From: Synergistaceae bacterium
GTDB lineage: Bacteria; Synergistota; Synergistia; Synergistales; Aminobacteriaceae
Length of the DNA stretch: 24,625 nucleotides
Reading direction: 5' to 3'
NCBI GenBank assembly: GCA_017458545.1
Contig: JAFTBA010000278.1
Location: 1 to 24,625 of the forward strand
The notes beneath the pieces were generated by a model. It was given only the letters and a program-made list of their open reading frames with translations. It was not told the origin of the DNA and searched no databases. Below are positions 9,086-17,333 of the stretch, piece by piece. Both the position numbers and the translations under genes were made by a program. The stretch's first letter is position 1. Each line of letters begins with the position of its first letter.

Positions 9086-9681
9086 GACAGAAATTCAGGA
9101 GCTGCTCTCTTCAGCCACATCACTAAAAACATTGTTACTGCTCCCTCAACTAATGCCAACGGTACGTGAGCTATCAGCAGAATTTTGACGGCTCCGATGA
9201 AATTTCTGTCGGTCATTCCCAAAAACGCTCCTGCTAATGACGCTCCTGCCATTACCGCAAATACCCCAGCAATAAACGACATAACCCTAACATGCGCCCG
9301 TCCTTTTCCCTCACGGATTGCTTTGCCGAAAATTACATGTGTCAGAAGCGCAGCTCCTCCCATCACAAAAGTGTTAGCTCCCAAAACTAACAATCCTCCG
9401 AAATGAAACAGCAATGCCTGAAGCATTAACGCAACAAGTACAGCAGGAAATACAGAATTACCCAGAATAATTCCCATTGGTGCAAGCAATGACAAATGAG
9501 TTGATGAAGGACCTATACGGACGTTCACCAGTGAGGCCAGGAAAAATGCTGACGAGATTAACGCGGTTCTCACGGTCTTGTCGGTGTCAGTGTGTTTAAG
9601 ACCGTAAGCAGTCCCTATAATAGTACCTGCCCAGCACGTAACAAGAACACTTCCCGATAATATCCCCTCACTGATGTGCAT
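9082..9681 (-). CDS. cbiM: ECF S component CbiM/NikM
   Basis: N-terminal MHISEG metal-binding motif, second His in SSTHL, HFGGLLVLGAN, about 6-7 TM segments. Confidence 0.9.
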   Translation of the reverse strand: MHISEGILSGSVLVTCWAGTIIGTAYGLKHTDTDKTVRTALISSAFFLASLVNVRIGPSSTHLSLLAPMGIILGNSVFPAVLVALMLQALLFHFGGLLVLGANTFVMGGAALLTHVIFGKAIREGKGRAHVRVMSFIAGVFAVMAGASLAGAFLGMTDRNFIGAVKILLIAHVPLALVEGAVTMFLVMWLKRAAPEFLS

Positions 9682-10132
9682 GGCGTTTCCTCATGATTAA
9701 CATTGAAATGTTGAAGATGATACTCACTCCGAGTAATGCCCTCACTAAAAGCTCAGTCCCTCCGTATAATCCAATCTCCTCATGTGAGAGGGCTTTGTCC
9801 TCGTCGTCAGCAGTAATCTCAATTTCGGCTGTACACTGATGACCCTCCTCATCACGTACGATTACGCGCCACGTCCCTGCAACGTCGGGTACAAACGCAA
9901 AACGTCCTACCTCATCCGTCCTCCCTGACTGAAACGCATACTTCTCATCTTTCGGCGAATACACTTTTGCTTCGCGGTAACTCATCTTCTCACCGGTCGA
10001 GTACATAAACTCAAGCGCAACAGCTCTCAGTTCTGAACGCCTGTAACCCGTACCGTGTGCAGAAAGTTTATCCGTTGAAAAAAGCATCAGGCTCACCGTT
10101 AAGGCAAGCCCGATGAAAATCTTTGACCTCAT
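9668..10132 (-). CDS. NikL/CbiL-like accessory Ni/Co uptake protein (signal peptide, beta domain, C-terminal anchor)
   Basis: LSA-HG predicted cleavage exposes His, QSGRTDEVGRFAFVPDVAGTWRV prealbumin-like fold motif, single C-terminal TM, operon context. Confidence 0.65.
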   Translation of the reverse strand: MRSKIFIGLALTVSLMLFSTDKLSAHGTGYRRSELRAVALEFMYSTGEKMSYREAKVYSPKDEKYAFQSGRTDEVGRFAFVPDVAGTWRVIVRDEEGHQCTAEIEITADDEDKALSHEEIGLYGGTELLVRALLGVSIIFNISMLIMRKRHAHQ

Positions 10133-10920
10133 TACTTCACCCTGAACAGTAAGAACGCCCTGAGATTAAGATTGTCATAATCCCCTTCGACTCCCGGTAA
10201 TCCCGCCTGAGCTGCCCTTATTCCCCAAAGTCCGGGCGCAGTGATTTTGATGTGTGCTTCGCCGTTCTCAGCCTCCGTGTAATAAGCGTAGGTGTTCTCG
10301 TACTCGGTAACAAATCCGTCATATGTTGCCCATACCGGCCCCGTGTAAGGCTGACCGTTAAGCAGTATTTTCACGTGGAAATACTCACCGACTTTAGCGT
10401 CAGCAGGGTTCGTAACAGGAATAACCTCCAACGGATGACCGAGTACCAGAGCAAAATTCTTATCGTCATGCGAGGTGTTGAATATTGCTTTCGCGTACTT
10501 GTCGTACTTGTTGGCAGATATTACCTTGAGACCCTGAGCTTCAAGGTCTTTCCTTGCGCCCGATTTACCGCCCTCATTGGTTACGCACCACGACTCGCCG
10601 TCCTTAGTCGCAACAAGTATCACTGACTTCGACAAATCTTTGGGAGTAACAACGAAATTAATGCAAAGCCCTTTTTCGTTTGCGACAAGCTCGGAGGGAA
10701 CAAATTTCCCGTCCTCAATGATTCCTGCTTTGACACGTTCGAGAATCTCTACCTCTTCGGGAACTATAAACCTGTGTGCTGACTGTACCGTCGCTACAAA
10801 TGGCTGTCCTTCCTTCATGGCTTCATTCTCGGCCTTGATTGTCAGTTCGTGTGCGAACGCAGGAAGTGATGAGAGCGTAAGCACTGTTACAAGTGCAGGG
10901 ATAAGAAAACGTTTCAACAT
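10132..10920 (-). CDS. DUF4198-family (NikK-like) periplasmic metal-uptake accessory protein
   Basis: Signal peptide AFA-HE, KYAKAI, GHPLEVIPVTNP, LLNGQP, GEAHIKITAPGLW; first gene of the cbiMQO cluster. Confidence 0.75.
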   Translation of the reverse strand: MLKRFLIPALVTVLTLSSLPAFAHELTIKAENEAMKEGQPFVATVQSAHRFIVPEEVEILERVKAGIIEDGKFVPSELVANEKGLCINFVVTPKDLSKSVILVATKDGESWCVTNEGGKSGARKDLEAQGLKVISANKYDKYAKAIFNTSHDDKNFALVLGHPLEVIPVTNPADAKVGEYFHVKILLNGQPYTGPVWATYDGFVTEYENTYAYYTEAENGEAHIKITAPGLWGIRAAQAGLPGVEGDYDNLNLRAFLLFRVK

Positions 10921-10956
10921 ACAAAAAACCTCCGTCTCAAAATTTTAACGGAAGTT

Positions 10957-10965
10957 ATAATAACA
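10957..10965 (-). promoter_or_regulatory. Possible extended -10 element for the Ni/Co ECF operon
   Basis: Minus strand reads TG-T-TATTAT about 37 nt upstream of ATG 10920, with GGAGG RBS downstream. No recognisable -35. Confidence 0.3.
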
Positions 10966-10983
10966 CAATCATCAAAAAAAATA

Positions 10984-12099
10984 TTACTGTCTCATTACGC
11001 ACTCAGCCCAAAATTTTGCAGCGTTACAGTTTCCCATTGATGAACGCGCTTTCTCCAGTGCCGTATCAGTTTCGTTCTTAACTCTCTCATCGTTCAAGTA
11101 CCTTCCGAGTTCCTGAACAATTCGCTCTGGGGTTGCGTCATCGCATAACAGTTCGGGGTAAACCTGTTTATCCGTCAGCATGTTAGGTATTGAAATGTTG
11201 CTGACGTGAACAAGCCGTTTGAGTATCGCGTAGTTAAGTCGCTTCATGTTATAGATGACTACCATGTAACGCCTTAACAGCATCGCCTCAACAGCAACTG
11301 TTCCCGATACCCCTGCTGCAGCTAATGAACCCATCATCAATTCCCTTCCGCTTCCCTCCCAAAGCTCAAACCCCGACTCATTTACCCTCGTTCGCAGTTC
11401 ATCGGCAAGATCTTTACTCAAACCCTGAGCAACTGAGAACACAGGCAAATATCCTTCAGCCTTGAGCCTCTTGGCAGTTCCCAGCAGAATATCAAGGTGA
11501 AATTTTATGTCGTAACGTCTGCTTCCCGGCATGAGGGCTATAACTTTTTTGTTGACGAATCGGTTTCGGAACTCATCGGAGATTTTAACGCCCTCCAATT
11601 CGTGAACAAGAGGATGAGATTTCCAGAACGATTTAACCCCGTTTACCGTCAAAAATTCGTGTTCAAACAAAAATAACGGCAGACTAAAATCAAAATCCCT
11701 CTTCAAATTCTTCACCCTTCCTGAACGCCATGCCCATACTGTTGGAGGTATCAATGAAATTATCTTCCCCTTATACCCAGAACTCCTTAATGATTTCGCA
11801 AGCATTAAATGAAAATCAGGGCAGTCAGTCAACACTACTGCGTCAGGTTTTACCCTCATAATTTCACGCGTTATGTTACGTTTTAATCTCAGTATTCGGG
11901 GGATTGCAGGTATGATTTCAAGTATTCCCATCAGCTTTAACTCCTCGTAACTCCATACAGCTTTACCCCCTGAGTTAATGCTCTCAGTTCCCAACATACC
12001 CCAAATTTCTGTTGACGGGGCTATACTCAATATTTCACGGATTAAACTTCCTGCGTAAATATCTCCGCTCACTTCTCCGCATGACACAAATATATTCAT
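10984..12099 (-). CDS. lpxB: Lipid-A-disaccharide synthase
   Basis: CGEVSGD, TDCPDFHL, PPTVWAWRSGR, HPL, LMPGSR, SGTVAVEAML, ISIPNML. Confidence 0.93.
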   Translation of the reverse strand: MNIFVSCGEVSGDIYAGSLIREILSIAPSTEIWGMLGTESINSGGKAVWSYEELKLMGILEIIPAIPRILRLKRNITREIMRVKPDAVVLTDCPDFHLMLAKSLRSSGYKGKIISLIPPTVWAWRSGRVKNLKRDFDFSLPLFLFEHEFLTVNGVKSFWKSHPLVHELEGVKISDEFRNRFVNKKVIALMPGSRRYDIKFHLDILLGTAKRLKAEGYLPVFSVAQGLSKDLADELRTRVNESGFELWEGSGRELMMGSLAAAGVSGTVAVEAMLLRRYMVVIYNMKRLNYAILKRLVHVSNISIPNMLTDKQVYPELLCDDATPERIVQELGRYLNDERVKNETDTALEKARSSMGNCNAAKFWAECVMRQ

Positions 12100-13763
12100 G
12101 AGTTATATTTCTCCCTGTCAATCATATTCCCTCCGTCAGCAGCTATAACTGTACACGCTATATTTCCCATACAAGTTGTAGGTGTGTTGAACAGGTCTTC
12201 GAGTGCCTCAGTGCTTATCGCTATCCCAAGAAATTCAAGCGGACAACCTGTCTGCGTAAATAATGCTGACATTGATATTATCCCTGCTCCGGGTAACCCT
12301 GGTGTTGAAACCGTAAGCACTATTATTGAAAACGCAAGCGATATTAATGACGAAACTGACATTTCAACACCGTACATGTTCGCACCTGAAAGCGTTAAAA
12401 TCGCAAACGTTATCGGAAATCCTGCCTTGCATATTGACGTGGTTAATGGTATTGAAAGTGAGTAAACTTTCCGCGATATTCCCATATCCTCACAGCACTT
12501 CATACCGTCAGGGATTGCCGCTATGCTTGAACATGTACTGAATGCAGTTATTATCACCGGAAGGGATTTTCTCAGCATAACAAAAGGACTTAAACCGGTA
12601 CTCAGTTTCACTGCTATACACATAAAAATGTTCAGCAAAACATATGCAAAAATAAACGTCAGCAATATCCCAATTACTGACACTATAGTCTCAAGCCCTG
12701 TAGTTATTACCATTGAGGCTATAGAACAGAATATAGCCAGCGGAACTATCAGCATAAATATTCTCGTAGCCCTCATGAATACTGCTGTCAGTTCACCGAA
12801 AACATCCCGCAGAACTTTCGCTCCTGCTACGCCGACAGATATTCCGATAATTACTGCTATGACCATTATTTGAAGCATATCAGCCTCAAGCAGCGGTCTC
12901 ACTATATTCTCAGGAACTAAGTTCATCAGCATTCCAGTTAATGATAACGTTTCGGCCTGTACAGCCTCAACTGATGACGATGCAGTCAGTCTTACTCCTT
13001 TGCCTGTCCCGAATAAATATACAGATCCGAAAGCTATGGCAGTGCTTGCTGTCTGGAACAAAACTATATATTTCAATAGTCTTCCGCCCGATTTCTGAAG
13101 CCCTGAAGTACTGCCCATACCTGAAAGACAAGTTATTATCGAGAACAGCACTACAGGTACTGAACACATTTTCAGGCCGTTCATGAAGACAGTTCTGACA
13201 GGAGTGAATATATTATTGTTGACTGCCATGTAAACGTTCTCAGGGAAAAATTCCTTGAGTACTACTCCTGACACTACAGCAGCGAATAATATAGTCAATA
13301 TTTTGTACAGCCCTGAGTAATTCGAGAGCATAGCTTTGATGCGTACAGTATTAAACCTGCGGTAATGCTTATACCTCAGGTAACGGCTGAACGAACGAAG
13401 CAAAATACTTTGAACTGCTGCCTGTGTCTCTGACAGTTCATCATCATCATCATCAGCGTGATACTCGACTTCAGCGTTACCGTAAAAATCAAACTCATTA
13501 CCCGGTACTTTTATGTCAACGATTACATCTCCGAAAACTTTTCCGATGTTGACGACGAAATGTGACAGTTCCGAAAAATCTGCGTGTTTTAACAGCGTTG
13601 TCATTGTCTCCTCGCACATCAGCACGGCTCTGTCAGTGTCTTTAACGCTGAGTTTCATTTCGCCTAAACTCTCACGGATAAATCCGAGTGCTTCAGACAA
13701 TAATTTTTCAGTTTCAGCTTTAGTTCCGGTTCCGGTTCCAATAACCGTAAATTTTTTGAGCAT
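12096..13763 (-). CDS. DAACS (dicarboxylate/amino acid:cation symporter) family protein with N-terminal degenerate HATPase-like domain, paralog 2
   Basis: FMNGLKMCSVPVVLFSII, NLVPENI, HP1 AFSTCSSIAAIP, HP2 PGLPGAG. About 150-aa extra N-terminal domain. ATG 13763 (MLKKF) chosen because it aligns with the MQKKF start of the paralog. Confidence 0.85.
   Translation of the reverse strand: MLKKFTVIGTGTGTKAETEKLLSEALGFIRESLGEMKLSVKDTDRAVLMCEETMTTLLKHADFSELSHFVVNIGKVFGDVIVDIKVPGNEFDFYGNAEVEYHADDDDDELSETQAAVQSILLRSFSRYLRYKHYRRFNTVRIKAMLSNYSGLYKILTILFAAVVSGVVLKEFFPENVYMAVNNNIFTPVRTVFMNGLKMCSVPVVLFSIITCLSGMGSTSGLQKSGGRLLKYIVLFQTASTAIAFGSVYLFGTGKGVRLTASSSVEAVQAETLSLTGMLMNLVPENIVRPLLEADMLQIMVIAVIIGISVGVAGAKVLRDVFGELTAVFMRATRIFMLIVPLAIFCSIASMVITTGLETIVSVIGILLTFIFAYVLLNIFMCIAVKLSTGLSPFVMLRKSLPVIITAFSTCSSIAAIPDGMKCCEDMGISRKVYSLSIPLTTSICKAGFPITFAILTLSGANMYGVEMSVSSLISLAFSIIVLTVSTPGLPGAGIISMSALFTQTGCPLEFLGIAISTEALEDLFNTPTTCMGNIACTVIAADGGNMIDREKYNS
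13438..13455. repeat. (TCA)6 trinucleotide run encoding an acidic DDDDDE tract
   Basis: Six consecutive TCA on +; the minus strand reads gct gat gat gat gat gat gaa. Confidence 0.9.
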
Positions 13764-13784
13764 AATGAATAACAAACTCCTTTC

Positions 13785-15428
13785 TTAAGGACGGTTATAC
13801 TGTTCCCTGTCAATAAGATTACCGCTCGAAGCTGCCAGAAGTGTACAGACTATATGCCCCAGACATACAAGCACAGTCGCAGTAAAATCCGTCAATATAT
13901 CAATAGGTACTACTATTCCGATAAACTCAACAGGACATCCGAACTCACTGAAAAGTACTGACAGTGTTATCAGCCCCGCACCGAATATTGAAGGAGTTGC
14001 TATCGACATCAAAGACGACATTAATATAAGCATTATGATTGATACAGGAGGAATGTTAATACCGTAAAGATTTGACGCTGAAATCACTATCGTTACGTAA
14101 TACGCAGCACTGTATACCTTATTCACAGATGTTGCAAGAGGGATTGAAAATGAATACAATGAAGGTGAAATACCCATAGCAGCACAGCTCTTCAGGCCGT
14201 CAGGAATAGCAGCTGTACTTGTACATGTACTGAAAGCAGTTATCAGCATTGGCGCGGATTTCCTCAGCATTGTTAAGGGACTTAGTTTTGCTGAAAACTT
14301 CACCAGAAAACAGAGTGCTATCGCCGTTACTATATGCCCCCCAATAACTGTACATATTATGCCTGCCAATGATGACAAAGTTCCCGTTCCCGTTACAATA
14401 ATCATTGAGGCTGCGGAACAGAACATTACGGGGACAATAAATTTCAGGAAAAATCCCATTATCTTCATGAATATCATATCGACTTCGCCTGAAAATTTCC
14501 GTACACATTTAGCGTCCGTAACTGATACTGCAAATCCTGCCATGAACGCAAGCACAATTAACTGAAGCATATTGCCCTCAAGAAACGGCCTGAAAATATT
14601 TCCAGCAACTAAATCTGTAAACATACCGATTAATGATACTGACTTAACGTTAACCGTCTCTCCTGAAGTTAAAGGGATATTAACACCCGTGCCCGGCCTG
14701 AATATATATATTGAGCACAAGCCTACAATAAGTCCGATAATCTTGCATATCACGAAATACTTGAAGAGAGTTCCGCAAGTTTTCTTTATTCCCGAAAGCC
14801 CTCCCATATCTGCAACGCATGACATAACAGAGCAAAATACTATAGGAACTGCGCACATTCCGAGACCGTTAAGGAAAACAGTGCGTACAGGGACAAGTAT
14901 ATTATTGTTGACCGCCATGCAGACGCTCTCAGGAGCAAAAGACCTCAGCGCAAGGCCTGACGCTACTGCCAGGAACAATGCCGTCAATGTCCTGTACAGC
15001 CCCGAATAATAAGACTGCACAGCCTTTATGCTCACAGTGTTGAAATCCCCCGAATGCCTGTAGCTCATATAGTGTGTGAACGGACGAAGTACTAGACGAC
15101 GAATTGCCCCGTAAGAGTTCAGAATATCATCGTTACTCTTCAGCACGGAAACATCAGCAGGACTCAAAAATTCAAACTCATTGCCCGGTACTGCCAAATC
15201 AATAATCACATCACCGAAAACTTTTCGTATATTCACCCGTAAATACCCTGTTCCCGAAAAATCAGAATGGTTTATCAGGGTCAGTAACGTCTCTTCGCAC
15301 ATCAGTTCGGTACGGAGTGAGTCTTTCGTTTTCAGCTTCATTGCTCCGAGCTGTTCACGGATAAATCCGAGTGCCTCAGCCAATCCGCAGTCATCAGCTT
15401 TACCTGTAACATCAAATTTCTTCTGCAC
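13785..15428 (-). CDS. DAACS family protein with N-terminal degenerate HATPase-like domain, paralog 1
   Basis: FLNGLGMCAVPIVFCSV, GNIFRPFLEGNMLQLIV, HP1 AFSTCTSTAAIP, HP2 IFGAG. N-terminal domain closely matches that of 12096-13763. GTG start overlaps the lpxI 3' end. Confidence 0.85.
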   Translation of the reverse strand: MQKKFDVTGKADDCGLAEALGFIREQLGAMKLKTKDSLRTELMCEETLLTLINHSDFSGTGYLRVNIRKVFGDVIIDLAVPGNEFEFLSPADVSVLKSNDDILNSYGAIRRLVLRPFTHYMSYRHSGDFNTVSIKAVQSYYSGLYRTLTALFLAVASGLALRSFAPESVCMAVNNNILVPVRTVFLNGLGMCAVPIVFCSVMSCVADMGGLSGIKKTCGTLFKYFVICKIIGLIVGLCSIYIFRPGTGVNIPLTSGETVNVKSVSLIGMFTDLVAGNIFRPFLEGNMLQLIVLAFMAGFAVSVTDAKCVRKFSGEVDMIFMKIMGFFLKFIVPVMFCSAASMIIVTGTGTLSSLAGIICTVIGGHIVTAIALCFLVKFSAKLSPLTMLRKSAPMLITAFSTCTSTAAIPDGLKSCAAMGISPSLYSFSIPLATSVNKVYSAAYYVTIVISASNLYGINIPPVSIIMLILMSSLMSIATPSIFGAGLITLSVLFSEFGCPVEFIGIVVPIDILTDFTATVLVCLGHIVCTLLAASSGNLIDREQYNRP

Positions 15429-16230
15429 AGTTCACACCCCAAACTGCTATGTTATACTTGTCGGCAAGCTCAAAGAATTTTTCAGGCTCTAAAATTAATG
15501 TTTTACCTGCTTCTACTCCCAGACATGTTAATCCTGCTTTTCTCATGTTATCGAGCGTTACTGTTCCTACGGTAGGCAAATCGTACCTCATATCCTGAGT
15601 TGCTTTCATCATTTTAACGACAACTCCCCTGCCCGAAATTTCACCCGAACGCTCTATCATTTTGTCAGTACCTTCCATAGCCTCGACAGCAACTACTGCC
15701 CCGTCAGCAATACAAACAGCCTGACCGAATGAGCACGGCAAAGTTACCCTCAAAATTTCCCGGCCGTAAGCTATATCACTGAGTTCTTTTTCTGTCGGTG
15801 AACGGGATGATAATTTACCTGATGACGCTATAAATTCGGGGAGTATCTGCCAATAAGGTATTACCTGAATATTCTCGTCCTCGCAAGCCTTCACTACAGC
15901 CCCTAAAAGTGAATGGTCATCCCTCAAACTCCTGCGCAATACTGAGCGCGTCAGTCTGTCGAAAAGAAGAGGCAGGCAGTAAATCACCTTCTTAGGTATA
16001 CGTCCTGCCATTATTACTTTGTCAGCACCGAATGATTTTACTTCACGTATTCCGCGCCCTAAACTAGGCGTTCTCATTCGGATTAATTTTCCCTCATCCC
16101 CTGCAAACTGTCTCAAGGTTTCAGGGTCATCACGCAGGGCTAATATGAGTGTTGACGGCTGAAGGCTCATCAGTTTACGCGCGATCTCAACAGGTAATAT
16201 CCCTTCACCGGCTACAAGTGCTATGCTCAA
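15412..16230 (-). CDS. lpxI: UDP-2,3-diacylglucosamine diphosphatase LpxI
   Basis: VAGEGILP, GQAV, AVEAMEGTD, VKMMKATQDMRYDLPTVG; near lpxB. Confidence 0.9.
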   Translation of the reverse strand: MSIALVAGEGILPVEIARKLMSLQPSTLILALRDDPETLRQFAGDEGKLIRMRTPSLGRGIREVKSFGADKVIMAGRIPKKVIYCLPLLFDRLTRSVLRRSLRDDHSLLGAVVKACEDENIQVIPYWQILPEFIASSGKLSSRSPTEKELSDIAYGREILRVTLPCSFGQAVCIADGAVVAVEAMEGTDKMIERSGEISGRGVVVKMMKATQDMRYDLPTVGTVTLDNMRKAGLTCLGVEAGKTLILEPEKFFELADKYNIAVWGVNCAEEI

Positions 16231-17333
16231 ATCCTGTCGACCCTCCGCGCGAAATACAATGCTGCGAACAGGAACACTATGTTAGGTCCCCATCCTGCTA
16301 TGAACGGAGGTAATGACCCTGCTTCGCCCAAAGCCCTGCACAATGACATGACGACATAGTAAGCAAACACTATAACTACGCTTATGCCGAAACCTACACC
16401 TCCACCTGACCTGCCTTTTCTCGAAGCACCGAATGACGCTCCTAATACTGCCATGATTACGCACGCCCAAGGGATAGCGGTCTTCAAATGGAACATAACC
16501 CAGAGTTCGGACAACTGAGAGTCTATAGCTTCGCCCTGTTTAATGTAACTCCATAATTCATGCGCACTCATATCGGCAGGTCTTCTGGTACTCCTCTGCA
16601 GCTGTTCAGGGGAAAGCCTTAATGCTAACATCTGACGCTCGAACCTCAGCAGTAAATTCACTTCACCTTCAGCATTAACGTCATACATTCTGCCGTCCTC
16701 TATCCACCATTGGGAGTTCTGCCACATTCCGCGCCTTGCGTTGAGAGTGTGAGAGAGTCTGCCTTCATTGTCGAACTCGTGCATCATTATTCCCCTGAGT
16801 ATTCCTTTGTCGGGGTCAAGCTCATCAATGTAGAGTACACGTTTCAGTTTTCCGCCCTCTTCATCGCGCAGGAACACTTTTTCCTGAATGACTGATGCCT
16901 GATTCTTCATTATCTCGAACTTCATCAGCCTGTCAGCAGCTATTGCCCCGAAAGGCACAACAGTCTCATTAAGGCCGAACCCTATGAGTGAAATCAGGAT
17001 TGACGCGAAGAATACGGGTCTTAATATTCTGGTGAAAGGTATTCCCAATGACCTGAGCGCGATTAATTCGCTTGCGCCGTTAAGGGTTGACATTCCGAGA
17101 AGTGTTGAGAGCAATGAGGACATAGGTATAGTCATCACTACGACTTCAGGCAGACGGTAGAAGAACAGTCTGGTTACCACTCCGAACGCAACGCCCTGTT
17201 CAATGATTAACTTGGCCGCCTGGAACAGCAAATCACCTGCAACAAATATCAATACGAAAATTAATATCCCGAACATGAACGGCCCAGCACATGCACCGAG
17301 TATTAATTTGTTTAATAGGCTTCTTCTAATCAT
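16227..17333 (-). CDS. lptF: LPS export ABC permease, LptF/LptG (YjgP/YjgQ) family
   Basis: RLPEVVVMTIPMSSLL, SELIALRSLGI, periplasmic beta-jellyroll (ARRGMW, WWIEDG), GFGISVVIVFAYY, AGWGPN. Cannot distinguish LptF from LptG. Confidence 0.88.
   Translation of the reverse strand: MIRRSLLNKLILGACAGPFMFGILIFVLIFVAGDLLFQAAKLIIEQGVAFGVVTRLFFYRLPEVVVMTIPMSSLLSTLLGMSTLNGASELIALRSLGIPFTRILRPVFFASILISLIGFGLNETVVPFGAIAADRLMKFEIMKNQASVIQEKVFLRDEEGGKLKRVLYIDELDPDKGILRGIMMHEFDNEGRLSHTLNARRGMWQNSQWWIEDGRMYDVNAEGEVNLLLRFERQMLALRLSPEQLQRSTRRPADMSAHELWSYIKQGEAIDSQLSELWVMFHLKTAIPWACVIMAVLGASFGASRKGRSGGGVGFGISVVIVFAYYVVMSLCRALGEAGSLPPFIAGWGPNIVFLFAALYFARRVDRI

Noticed and set aside
10921-10983. Cobalamin riboswitch upstream of the cbiMQO cluster
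   Set aside because: The interval is 63 bp, AT-rich and has no B12-box-like sequence.
14572-15009. 145-aa plus-strand ORF, and similar antisense ORFs at 12184-12873, 10577-10948, 18935-19324, 23034-23369
   Set aside because: They lie antisense to well-supported genes, show no recognisable motifs or RBS, and are typical shadow ORFs.
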